Source of the DNA: Nitrospirae bacterium RIFCSPLOWO2_02_FULL_62_14
Lineage (GTDB): Bacteria; Nitrospirota; Nitrospiria; Nitrospirales; Nitrospiraceae
Length of the DNA stretch: 57,109 nt
Direction of reading: 5' to 3'
Assembly: GCA_001805245.1 (NCBI GenBank)
Contig: MHEU01000067.1
Span: forward strand, 1 to 57,109
The notes under the pieces are model-generated. The model did not search any database. It was not told where the DNA came from and saw only the letters and a list, made by a program, of their open reading frames with translations. Numbering within the stretch: position 1 is the stretch's first letter; the number at the start of each line of letters is the position of its first letter. Both the position numbers and the translations under genes were made by a program. Below are positions 23,746 to 32,750 of this stretch, piece after piece.

Positions 23746-25215
23746 CTAGCGAAGGTTCAGGATCAACAGTTTCAATTCGGTCATGTCCTCGATCGCGTAG
23801 CGCACGCCTTCGCGGCCGAGCCCGGAATCCTTCACGCCGCCGTAGGGCATGTGCTCGGCGCGGAAGGTTGGAATCTCGTTCGCCAGCACCGCGCCCACTT
23901 CCAGCTCGCGGTACGCGCGGAAGATCCGGTCGATGTCGCGGGTGAAGACGCCCGCCTGCAATCCAAAGTCGGAATCGTTGAGCGACGCCAGCGCGTCGCC
24001 GAACTCCTTGTAGCGCGACACCGTGACCACCGGGCCGAAGACCTCCCGGCACGAGACTTTCATTGCCGGCGTGACGTTGGCCAGCACCGTCGCCTCGACG
24101 ACGGACCCGGATCGTGTTCCTCCAGTCAGCACGCGCGCGCCCTGCGCCGTCGCCTCCTGGATCCACTGCTCCACCCGTCTGGCCGCCGCCTCGTCGATCA
24201 GCGGACCGATGACGGTCGCCTCGTCGGCCGGATCGCCGGTTTTCAGCGCCTTGACGCGCGAGAGGAGCTGGTCGACGAACCGGTCGTAGACCGACTCGTG
24301 CGCGAACACCCGCTGGACCGAAATGCAGGCCTGGCCCGAATAGGCGTAGCCGCCGACGGCGCAGCGGGCCGCCGCCAGTTCCAGATCCGCGTCCGGCTCC
24401 ACGATCATGCCGGCGTTGCCGCCCAGTTCGAGCAGCACGCGCTTCTTGCCGCTTTTGGCTTTCAGCATCCAGCCGACCGCCGCGCTGCCGGTAAAGCTCA
24501 GCACCTTGAACCGCCCGTCCGTCACCATCTGCTCGGCCACGGTGTTGTCGCAGGGCACGACGCTCAGCGCGCCGGCCGGCAGTCCCGCTTCCAGGACGAT
24601 CTCGGCCAGCAACAGCGCCGTGAGCGGCGTCTGCGGCGCCGGCTTGAGCACCATCGGATTGCCGGCGGCGAGACAGGGCGCCACCTTGTGCGCGACCAGA
24701 TTGAGGGGAAAATTGAACGGCGTGATGCCGAGGACCGGCCCGACCGGAACGCGCCGCAGGAGACTGAGATGCCGTTCCATGCCCGGCGTCAGGTCCATCG
24801 GGATCACGTCCCCGCCGATCCGCTTGGCTTCCTCCGCCGCGATCGTGAAGGTCTGCACCGCGCGGCCGACTTCGCGCCGCGCGTCGGTGATCGGCTTGCC
24901 GGACTCCGCCGTCATCGTGCGGGCGATGTCGTCCTGACGGGCGTCCAGCCGGCCGGCGATCTTCAGCAGCGCCCCGGCCCGGGCGTGAGCCGGGAGGCCC
25001 CGCATGGCGGCAGTCGCCTCGACCGCGCGCGCGGCGGCTTCGTCCGCCTCGGCCTTGCCGGCCAGGCAGACGTCCGCGACGGCGCTCCCATTATAAGGAT
25101 TGCGGATGGTGGCGGTCGTGGCAGTGTGACGCCACTGGCTGCCGATCAGGAAGGGTCGTGCAGATCCCACTAGAAACGGCCTCTGAAGAGACTCGTTATT
25201 CGGCGGGCAGTTCAA
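23746..25215 (-). CDS. NAD(P)-dependent aldehyde dehydrogenase
   Basis: ELGGNAG and YSGQACISVQR (catalytic Cys) motifs. Start uncertain; a GTG near 25170 is an alternative. Confidence 0.85.
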   Translation of the reverse strand: MNCPPNNESLQRPFLVGSARPFLIGSQWRHTATTATIRNPYNGSAVADVCLAGKAEADEAAARAVEATAAMRGLPAHARAGALLKIAGRLDARQDDIARTMTAESGKPITDARREVGRAVQTFTIAAEEAKRIGGDVIPMDLTPGMERHLSLLRRVPVGPVLGITPFNFPLNLVAHKVAPCLAAGNPMVLKPAPQTPLTALLLAEIVLEAGLPAGALSVVPCDNTVAEQMVTDGRFKVLSFTGSAAVGWMLKAKSGKKRVLLELGGNAGMIVEPDADLELAAARCAVGGYAYSGQACISVQRVFAHESVYDRFVDQLLSRVKALKTGDPADEATVIGPLIDEAAARRVEQWIQEATAQGARVLTGGTRSGSVVEATVLANVTPAMKVSCREVFGPVVTVSRYKEFGDALASLNDSDFGLQAGVFTRDIDRIFRAYRELEVGAVLANEIPTFRAEHMPYGGVKDSGLGREGVRYAIEDMTELKLLILNLR

Positions 25216-25474
25216 GGCCCGGCGCAGGGGCGGACGGGACCGGCTGCTCGACTTCGGCGTTGGCGCGCACGGCTTTCTCGATCAACTGCTCCGTGCCCCA
25301 ATCGCGGATGGCGTCCAGCGTGAAGGCTTCATAGGTCGAGACGCCGTGACAGGCTGGGCAATCCGGCATCGGGACCTTCCGCTTGAAGACCTCGCCCAGG
25401 CACGCTATGCAGACCATGAGGTCCGGCTCATCCACTTCGCATTCAACCGTCCAAAATGTTTGTCTCTCCGACAT
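25196..25474 (-). CDS. small zinc-ribbon-like protein
   Basis: CIAC ... CPAC pairs in a 92-aa ORF. Confidence 0.45.
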   Translation of the reverse strand: MSERQTFWTVECEVDEPDLMVCIACLGEVFKRKVPMPDCPACHGVSTYEAFTLDAIRDWGTEQLIEKAVRANAEVEQPVPSAPAPGLELPAE

Positions 25475-25535
25475 GGTGTCCTGTCCTTTGTGTGAACGAT
25501 GTCCGCTCCAAGAATAGGCTTCCCGGAGACGGAAT

Positions 25536-26255
25536 TCAACCCTTGTTCTTGGTCTCCGATAATTTCAGCAACCGGTCGATCTCTTTTTCAAACACCTCGG
25601 CCGGAAACGCGCCGGGCAGGCCGATGGGCTTGTCCTTCCCCGCCCGATCGGTTTGCAGCAGGACGAAGCCGGGCGTGCCGACGAATCCGACTCTGAGTCC
25701 GTCCTCCTTGTCCTGCAGAATCGCCTTCCGGTGCGGCGCGTCGCGCAGGCACGCCGCGAACGCCGGCTGGTTCAACCCGATCGCCTTGACGTACGCCTGC
25801 AGCCGGTCGATGTCGATGGCGCCGTCGAACAGGCGGTCGTGCATGTCCCAATAGCGCCCCTGATCGCCCGCGCACCGCGCGGCGATCGCCGCCGTCATGG
25901 CCGGCCCCTCGGGATCGCGCGGGAAATCGCGGTACAGGAGCCGGACCTTGCCGGTGGCCACATATTTTGCCTGGAGGCGCGGCCACGTCTCCCGGAAAAA
26001 TTTCACGCAGTAGCCGCAGGTGAAATCGGAATACTCGATCATCGTGACCGGCGCGCCGGGATTGCCGCGCGTGCGGCCGTCGGGCTGCCAGAGGCGGTCC
26101 GTCGACGGCTCGGGCCGGCCGACCGCCGCCGCGGTCTCCATCACCGGCGTCTCGCGTTTGAGCAACGCAAAGCCCGCAACCGCCACGAGGCCGAGCACCA
26201 GGACGGTCCCGGCCACAAGCGGCGCGAGACGAAACGATGAGGGGGAGGTTTCCAT
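25536..26255 (-). CDS. DsbA-family thiol:disulfide oxidoreductase, membrane anchored
   Basis: N-terminal TM segment and FTCGYC active site. Confidence 0.7.
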   Translation of the reverse strand: METSPSSFRLAPLVAGTVLVLGLVAVAGFALLKRETPVMETAAAVGRPEPSTDRLWQPDGRTRGNPGAPVTMIEYSDFTCGYCVKFFRETWPRLQAKYVATGKVRLLYRDFPRDPEGPAMTAAIAARCAGDQGRYWDMHDRLFDGAIDIDRLQAYVKAIGLNQPAFAACLRDAPHRKAILQDKEDGLRVGFVGTPGFVLLQTDRAGKDKPIGLPGAFPAEVFEKEIDRLLKLSETKNKG

Positions 26256-26297
26256 GCCGGATGTCCTGGAGGTGACGCGCGGGCGACGGGAGAGCGT

Positions 26298-27401
26298 TCA
26301 GGAAGACTGGCGTTTCTTGCCGGCTCGCTCCAGCAGGCCCATCATCAGGAGCGGCCAGACCACGGTGGCATCGCTGAGCACTTCGGCAAACCGGCCGCCT
26401 TCCTCCGCCGGTATGAATTTGCCCCAGGAGATGCCTTCCTTGTAGGTGCAGCCGCTGAGCCCGCCCCAATAGTCCGGCTCCGGGCAGATGCGCACGCAGT
26501 ATTGAAACCGCGGCGGCTTCACGTCGAGCCCCAGCCGGAGATTCCCGATCTCCACGTACGGCGCCACCTGCTGCGCCCAGTTGCGCGGCACGCCGCCGCC
26601 GATCGTGAAGATGCCCAGCTTTTTCGCGGAGAGCAATTTTTCCGTGTAGCTGTTCAGGTCCAGGTACGGATTAAAGGTCGGGCGATAATTATACAGCGCG
26701 CGCAGCACGCCACGGTCGCCGCCCTTGCCTTCGCTGCGGGCCTGGTCGAGGTTCTGCCGCATGGCCCACGTCGCTACGTCGAGGCCCATCTCGGAGTCGG
26801 TGAAGGCCGGGATATAGACCGGAACGTTTTTCTGATACGCGCTTTTGAGAATGCCGACGCCTTCGTGTTCGTCCACGAGCGTTTTGCCGACCTCGCGCGT
26901 CAGCAGCTCCGACGACATCGGCTGATCGACATTGATCCGCTTCAGCGTCTGCGCGACGACGTGCTCGACGTAATTCAGGTTCGCTTCCATCTCGAGCGTG
27001 TCGTAGACGCGGTTGTACCCCTTCTGGAACAGCTCCTCGTCGCTGACGCCCGGATCGTGGCGGTAATGCGTCTTGCCGACCGATTCGCTGAGCCCGTGCG
27101 CGATCAACGCGCCGGTGGACACGATGACGTTCACCATGCCGCGGTCGATCATCGTCGAAATGATCCGCCCCATCTTGGCGATCGTCATGGCGCCGGACAG
27201 CGTCATGACGACGGTGCAGTCCGGATCCTCGATCATCGCGCTGAGGACCTCGTAGGCTTCGCCCAGACGGCGACCGCCGAACGCGGTCTTCCTCATCGCG
27301 CCGAGGAGATCGGAAAAGGTTTTGATGTTGTCGGGATTGAGCGGCTCGAGGGCTTCCAGCCCATCCTCGGCGCCGTCATGAAACTCGCGTGGTTGCATCA
27401 C
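26298..27401 (-). CDS. deoxyhypusine-synthase-like protein (bacterial homologs include homospermidine synthases)
   Basis: Length 367 aa and overall resemblance to the DHS family (MTLSGAMTIAKMG, GGGVPRNW). Confidence 0.75.
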   Translation of the reverse strand: MMQPREFHDGAEDGLEALEPLNPDNIKTFSDLLGAMRKTAFGGRRLGEAYEVLSAMIEDPDCTVVMTLSGAMTIAKMGRIISTMIDRGMVNVIVSTGALIAHGLSESVGKTHYRHDPGVSDEELFQKGYNRVYDTLEMEANLNYVEHVVAQTLKRINVDQPMSSELLTREVGKTLVDEHEGVGILKSAYQKNVPVYIPAFTDSEMGLDVATWAMRQNLDQARSEGKGGDRGVLRALYNYRPTFNPYLDLNSYTEKLLSAKKLGIFTIGGGVPRNWAQQVAPYVEIGNLRLGLDVKPPRFQYCVRICPEPDYWGGLSGCTYKEGISWGKFIPAEEGGRFAEVLSDATVVWPLLMMGLLERAGKKRQSS

Positions 27402-27511
27402 CCACCGATGTTGAACTTGTTTGACGAACCGGTGTCACATTTATACACAACCGGTGAAGACGCGTCAATCGGAGGAAGGGCGCACTGGCGCGCGGGGACA
27501 TCGGGGGAAGA

Positions 27512-28564
27512 TCAGTTGAGGGTGAGCAGGCGCTCGCCCTCACGGTCGAGCAGCTTGAAGAACGCCTCCAGGACTTGCGGGTCGAAATGCTGGCCGGACT
27601 TGGACGCCATCTCTTCGCGCGTCCGGTCGATGGGCCAGGCTTCCTTGTAGGGACGCTTGTGCGTCAGGGCATCGAACACGTCCGCCACCGACACGATGCG
27701 CCCGGCCAGCGGGATCTCCTCCTTCTTGAGCTTCAGGTACCCGGACCCGTCCCAGCGCTCGTGATGCGTCAGCGCGATGGTCTCGGCCAGCTGGAGCAGC
27801 GGCGACCGGCTGCCCATCAGCGTTTTGGATCCGATGGTGACATGTTCCTTCATCGCCTCGAACTCCTCGGCCGTGAGCTTGGCCGGCTTGAGGAGGATTC
27901 TGTCCGCGATGCCGATCTTGCCGATGTCGTGCAGGGGCGCCGCGCGCCGCATCAATTCAAGCTGGGCCATCGTCCAGCCCATGATCTCGGCGACCAGCGC
28001 GGCGGAACGGCCGATCCGACGGGTGTGCTGGCCGGTCTCGTCATCGCGGTACTCAGCGGCCCGCCCGAGCCGTTCCAGGATTTCCTCCTGCGCGAGGTCC
28101 AGCTCCTGGGTGCGCTGGCGCACCATGACCTCCAGCCGCTCGTTCTGGTGCTCGAGCTGGTTGTACAGGACTCGCGTGGTCAGGAGGTTGCGGACGCGCA
28201 ACAGGACTTCCGTCTTGTCGATCGGCTTGGACAGGAAGTCCTTGGCGCCCGCCGAGAGGACATTGTGCTTGATCTCCGGAGCCATTTCGGAGGTGATGAC
28301 CAGGATCGGAAAGTAGGATTCGGCCGGGACCCTGGGAACGACCTGCCGGATCACCTCCAGGCCGTTCATGTTGGGCATGTTGAAATCCAGCACGAGAATG
28401 TCGGGCTTGTATTCGATGAAGAGGGGCAGAACCCGCCGGGGGTCCGTCGTGCTGCTGATCTGGCTGAAGCCGCCTTTGTTCAGGACCGCTTCCAGCAACT
28501 CGATGTTGTATTGCTCGTCGTCGACGAGCAGGAACTTGGCGTTCTTCAGCAGGCTGTCATCCAT
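27512..28564 (-). CDS. response regulator with HD-GYP phosphodiesterase domain (RpfG-like)
   Basis: REC domain (LLVDDEQ ... DILVLDFNMPNMNG). PLHDIGKIG and HHERWDGSGYL motifs. Confidence 0.85.
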   Translation of the reverse strand: MDDSLLKNAKFLLVDDEQYNIELLEAVLNKGGFSQISSTTDPRRVLPLFIEYKPDILVLDFNMPNMNGLEVIRQVVPRVPAESYFPILVITSEMAPEIKHNVLSAGAKDFLSKPIDKTEVLLRVRNLLTTRVLYNQLEHQNERLEVMVRQRTQELDLAQEEILERLGRAAEYRDDETGQHTRRIGRSAALVAEIMGWTMAQLELMRRAAPLHDIGKIGIADRILLKPAKLTAEEFEAMKEHVTIGSKTLMGSRSPLLQLAETIALTHHERWDGSGYLKLKKEEIPLAGRIVSVADVFDALTHKRPYKEAWPIDRTREEMASKSGQHFDPQVLEAFFKLLDREGERLLTLN

Positions 28565-28667
28565 GCTCACGATTCCTGTGCCGGACCATCGAGCGGGACA
28601 GCGGGAAAAGAACACTGCCCTCATTCGTTCCCGAAGGCGAGGTGGATGGGAGGGGCTCGACGATCCG

Positions 28668-31403
28668 CTACTTGATCACCTTGGCAATGGCCTCTCGGAG
28701 ACTGCTTTTCGTGACCGGCTTGCCGATGATCAGATCAACCTCCACGTTGGCCTGCTCCTCCTCGCTCGATACCATCTGCCAGTTTCCGGTCAGCATGATC
28801 ATCGGCGTGGCCGGAGAGACCTGCTTGATCGCCGCGGCCAGCTGGTTGCCGTTCATTTCAGGCATCCCCTGGTCGGTGACGATCAGATCAAACCGGCCCT
28901 TGCGGAATTTCTCGAACGCCTCGCGGCCGTTCTTCGCGGTTTCCACATCATGCTGCTCGGAGCGCAGACACTCTTCCGTGACCATGAGCGTCATCGGATC
29001 GTCGTCCACGGCGAGGACGCGCAGTTTGCGTGATGGTTTTGACGTGTCCACGGCGAGTACTGTTTCCTGCTTCTGCTCTCCCTCGAGGGGGAATCCGATC
29101 GCGAACGTGGTTCCCTTGCCGGGCTCGCTCTGAATGTCGATCGTGCCCTTATGGCGGCGGATTATACCATAGACCATCGCCAATCCCAGTCCGGTTCCGC
29201 GATCCCCCTTGGTGGAAAAAAACGGCTCCAGGCAGCGTTGACGGACTTCCTCGGTCATGCCCGTCCCCGTGTCGGTGACCTCGAGCAGGATCTGGCTGCT
29301 CTTCACCGAGGTTCCCAGGGTGATGGTTCCCCCCTGGGGCATGGCATCGACGGCGTTGAAGATGAGGTTCGTCAACACCTCGCGCACTTCGGATTCATTG
29401 CCGGACACGGGCGGCACCTTTCCCAGATTGCACGTGACGAAGATGGTGGCGCCGTTTGCCAGGGCCTGATTCTTCCATTTGGGCTGGGTCAGGTTGACGG
29501 ATTGTTCCACCAGCTTGCCGAGATCGAACGGGAGGAAGGTTTCCTGCTTGTCCCGGGAGCGATAGAACTCCCGCAGACGGCTCACCACGTGGGCGGCATC
29601 CTTGCCGGCCGTGTGGATAATCTGGAGATACTTGAGGACTTTTTCCCGGTCGTCCAGTTGCGCGTGATCCTCGAGCAGGATCGAGCTGAACCCGAGGACG
29701 GGCGAGAGCGCGTTGTTGAAGTCGTGTGCGACCCCGCTGGCCATCTGCCCGAGGGCGCGCAGACGCTCCTGCTGGACGATTTGTTTCTGCATGGACGCGA
29801 GTTCATCCAGCGCTTCCTTGAGCTGCCGGTTGCTGTCCTGCAGGGAGGCCTCCGCCTTCTTGCGCTCGGCGGTCTCGTAGGCGTTCGAGAGGGCCACGGC
29901 CACCTGGTTGGCGAGCTGGCGGGCCTGGGACACGTCGTCGGGCCCCAGGGCGGGCTGCTTGCGGTAGCCCAGCGCGATGAGGCCGGGCACCCCCTGCGTC
30001 AGGCTGATCGGCAGGACCAGGCAGAACTTGATCCCCAGAAACGCCAGCGGCTTGAGGGAAGGGGCGACGCCTTCATCAAGCGCCACGATCTGATCCGCCT
30101 TTATCCCGAGCGCTTTGATCTCCTGATCCGTCAGCGCCACCTGTTTCGGTTCCACGCTGCTGTTGGACGTGCCGTCCCACAGGTACACGGTCGCCCGGTT
30201 GTCCGTCTTGGACTCGCGCAGGGTCACGTTGACGCTGTCGCAGGGCAACACTTCGCGCATGCGGGTGAGCACCGTGTTCACGATTTTCCCCACGTCCAGC
30301 ACCGACAGGATGTTCCGGTCGATTTCGGACATGGCGGCCAGAGCCTGGAACTGCCGGCCCAGCTGGCTGGCCATGGCGTTGAAGGATCCCGCCACTTCCT
30401 CGAATTCGTCCTTGCTGGAGACCTCGACGCGGCTTTTGAAATCCTTCATGGCGATGCGGCGGGTGCCTTCCCGGATCTTCTCCAGCGGCCCCAGGCTCTT
30501 CCGGATCTGATTGATGCTCAACAGGACGACCACCGACAGGGAGATCAACATGATGAGCGTAAAATCGGTTTTGAAACCGGCCTGCAGAGCCAGCGCATCC
30601 GCTCTGGATTCGCTCAGCACGATAGTTATATGCGGCATCGAGAACGTGAATTTGAGCGGTATGGCCCAGAAGTTCGCAATGTAGCCTGTTCCGCCCTGGG
30701 TCCATTCGAAATGCCCGATGGCGGATCCGGCCTGGAGGAGGGCCGGCTTGAGCGGAGCAGGGGGAGGACCGGGAACCGTGCATCTGATCGGCGTGAACAC
30801 ATGATCAAAGATGCAGACTTCCCACCCGACAGACATGAATTCCTTGGTGATGATCCTCCAGAGGTAATCGCCGTTGAGTTCTCCTATGAGGATCCCCCCC
30901 GTCGGCTGTTCGGGATCCAGGAGCCGGGACATCAACAGTCGCACGTGTGCCTCGTGATCAGCCTGGGTACTGAGCACAGTTTTACCGGCAAATATGTGCT
31001 GCTTCTCTTCATGAGTGAAGGTCGGGGGTTGGGTCAACTGTCCGTGCACGGTCGTCATCTGCCCGTCATCGGCGAGGATCGCCAGGCCAAGGAATCGTTG
31101 CTGGGGAACGGGGTCGCCTAATTCCTGGGCGATGTTTTTGGACGGCACAAAGGGGCCGATTTTCAGATCCCCTGCAATCCCGTACAGCCTGGAATCGTAG
31201 AACGTCAGACGTTCGAACACGGCCATGCCGAGGGATTTGACCGACTGTTGAAGGCGTAACTGGGTCTGCCCCAAGAGATGCGAGGTCACCTGGTCGAACG
31301 AGAGAATGGCCTGGATAGTGAGGGGAAGGAGCGTGCAGACGCCGAACAGGGCGAAAATCCGCAGCGCCACACGACTCCGGAAGATTGACGAATCGAGCTT
31401 CAT
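28668..31403 (-). CDS. hybrid sensor histidine kinase (periplasmic sensor-HAMP-GAF-HisKA-HATPase-REC)
   Basis: HDFNNALSPV H-box, NLIFNAVDAM, GTGLGLAMV, and C-terminal REC (VLAVDDD ... DLIVTDQGMPEMNG). Confidence 0.85.
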   Translation of the reverse strand: MKLDSSIFRSRVALRIFALFGVCTLLPLTIQAILSFDQVTSHLLGQTQLRLQQSVKSLGMAVFERLTFYDSRLYGIAGDLKIGPFVPSKNIAQELGDPVPQQRFLGLAILADDGQMTTVHGQLTQPPTFTHEEKQHIFAGKTVLSTQADHEAHVRLLMSRLLDPEQPTGGILIGELNGDYLWRIITKEFMSVGWEVCIFDHVFTPIRCTVPGPPPAPLKPALLQAGSAIGHFEWTQGGTGYIANFWAIPLKFTFSMPHITIVLSESRADALALQAGFKTDFTLIMLISLSVVVLLSINQIRKSLGPLEKIREGTRRIAMKDFKSRVEVSSKDEFEEVAGSFNAMASQLGRQFQALAAMSEIDRNILSVLDVGKIVNTVLTRMREVLPCDSVNVTLRESKTDNRATVYLWDGTSNSSVEPKQVALTDQEIKALGIKADQIVALDEGVAPSLKPLAFLGIKFCLVLPISLTQGVPGLIALGYRKQPALGPDDVSQARQLANQVAVALSNAYETAERKKAEASLQDSNRQLKEALDELASMQKQIVQQERLRALGQMASGVAHDFNNALSPVLGFSSILLEDHAQLDDREKVLKYLQIIHTAGKDAAHVVSRLREFYRSRDKQETFLPFDLGKLVEQSVNLTQPKWKNQALANGATIFVTCNLGKVPPVSGNESEVREVLTNLIFNAVDAMPQGGTITLGTSVKSSQILLEVTDTGTGMTEEVRQRCLEPFFSTKGDRGTGLGLAMVYGIIRRHKGTIDIQSEPGKGTTFAIGFPLEGEQKQETVLAVDTSKPSRKLRVLAVDDDPMTLMVTEECLRSEQHDVETAKNGREAFEKFRKGRFDLIVTDQGMPEMNGNQLAAAIKQVSPATPMIMLTGNWQMVSSEEEQANVEVDLIIGKPVTKSSLREAIAKVIK

Positions 31404-31416
31404 CGTACCGGCTGAA

Positions 31417-32121
31417 TTAAAAATTCTGGGCCAGGCCTACGAAAGCGCCGTCACTGGCGCGGATGACGTCATCCCAACTCTTCTTGGCGGTCAGAGGCTC
31501 CACGCTTTCTCCGTCCGCTCCCATGCTGTAGAGATCGTAGTCCGAGTTGATCGGATGTAAAAAGCGATCTTTCCGCGGCTTCGCGCCGCCGCCGCCACCG
31601 CCGCCGCCGCCGCCACCGCCGCCATTAGCCGGAGGAGGAGTAGGAGGCGTAGGAGGAGTGGGAGGCGGAGAAGGCGGGACAGCCCAGGCTTCACTCGCAA
31701 ACCAACTACCGCTCCAAAACCCCTGCTCACGACCGGCTGCGGCTGCGACCAGGCCTGAAGACCCGCCGCGGCGTGCGTAGTACGCGCCGCCGCCCCCATC
31801 GTTGCTCGCGAAAGTTGATCCCGCGATCAATAAATATTGGTACTGGTTCCCCCAGGGATCCAGGAGGTTGTTAAAGGAGCGCCCCAGAACGAGCAAGCTG
31901 TCGGGGTATTTTTCATGCTCAACAACATAGACTTGAATCTCTCTCTCAAAGTATCGGATTTCAGCGATGCACCTCGCGATCCTCGCCTTTTCGATATAGC
32001 CTTCATACCTCGGAATAGCAAAGCTCGCCAGCAACCCGATGATGGCCACGATCATCATGAGTTCGATGAGCGTGTACCCTTTGGATGACCTGAGAACGGA
32101 CATCGTCTGTACCCTCTTCAT
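31417..32121 (-). CDS. GspG-like type II secretion pseudopilin with a ~95-aa low-complexity insert
   Basis: Class III signal SSKG|YTLIELMMIVAIIG. DPWGNQYQYL and DLYSMGADGES motifs as in GspG/XcpT. ATG at 32121. Confidence 0.75.
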   Translation of the reverse strand: MKRVQTMSVLRSSKGYTLIELMMIVAIIGLLASFAIPRYEGYIEKARIARCIAEIRYFEREIQVYVVEHEKYPDSLLVLGRSFNNLLDPWGNQYQYLLIAGSTFASNDGGGGAYYARRGGSSGLVAAAAGREQGFWSGSWFASEAWAVPPSPPPTPPTPPTPPPANGGGGGGGGGGGGGAKPRKDRFLHPINSDYDLYSMGADGESVEPLTAKKSWDDVIRASDGAFVGLAQNF

Positions 32122-32159
32122 GGCTTCTGTTTCCTGTGTTGCAGCCGGCTCTCCATGCG

Positions 32160-32750
32160 CTAGGATTTTGGGGCGAAGTAGGCCAACTGTCCGTTCAGCC
32201 CCTCGACCCGGAACTCCACGCGCTCCAAAGCCTTTTTGACTTCCGCCGAGGCGCCGGAGCTCACGGCCTGCTTCAATTGAGCGGTATTCTCCTTCAGTTG
32301 CTGTGCCTGGTCTTCCAGACCCCGAATCCTGGTTTCCAGGGCCACGATCATCTCGTTGAGGGCTCCCGCGTCCGTCTGGAGATAATCGTGCTTGCGGATG
32401 TTGGCCCGGATGGAAAAGTTTCCGCCGGCCAGCGCTTTGAACACCATCCGAAACCGGTAGAGCGGCCCGGCGATTCTGTGCGAGACAAACAGGGAGTGGA
32501 CCGTGAGAAGCAGAAAGACCGCCCCCAACGGCAGCCACAACTGTTCGTTGAAAAACAGGAGCACATCCGCCGCTTCCCGTTTTTCGATATACGACGCCGC
32601 CGGGTTATCGAGTTGAAGCATGAGGGGCAGCAGCATGGCGACCATAAACACGAGCAGCACTAATCCGAAATGAACCGCACTGATCGCGATGAGGCGGTAT
32701 TGAAAGCGGTCTACGATAAGACGTCGCCTCTGGAAAAAAGTGGAAGTCAT
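32160..32750 (-). CDS. two-TM HAMP plus coiled-coil protein
   Basis: HRIAGPLYRFRMVFKALAGGNFSIRANI ... DAGALNEMIVAL is HAMP-like. C-terminal coiled coil. Confidence 0.55.
   Translation of the reverse strand: MTSTFFQRRRLIVDRFQYRLIAISAVHFGLVLLVFMVAMLLPLMLQLDNPAASYIEKREAADVLLFFNEQLWLPLGAVFLLLTVHSLFVSHRIAGPLYRFRMVFKALAGGNFSIRANIRKHDYLQTDAGALNEMIVALETRIRGLEDQAQQLKENTAQLKQAVSSGASAEVKKALERVEFRVEGLNGQLAYFAPKS

Noticed and set aside
31585-31623. The poly-Gly codon tract as a sequencing or assembly artefact.
   Set aside because: This cannot be judged from one sequence. The frame stays intact and conserved pilin motifs resume downstream, so I treat the tract as real but flag it for read-level checking.
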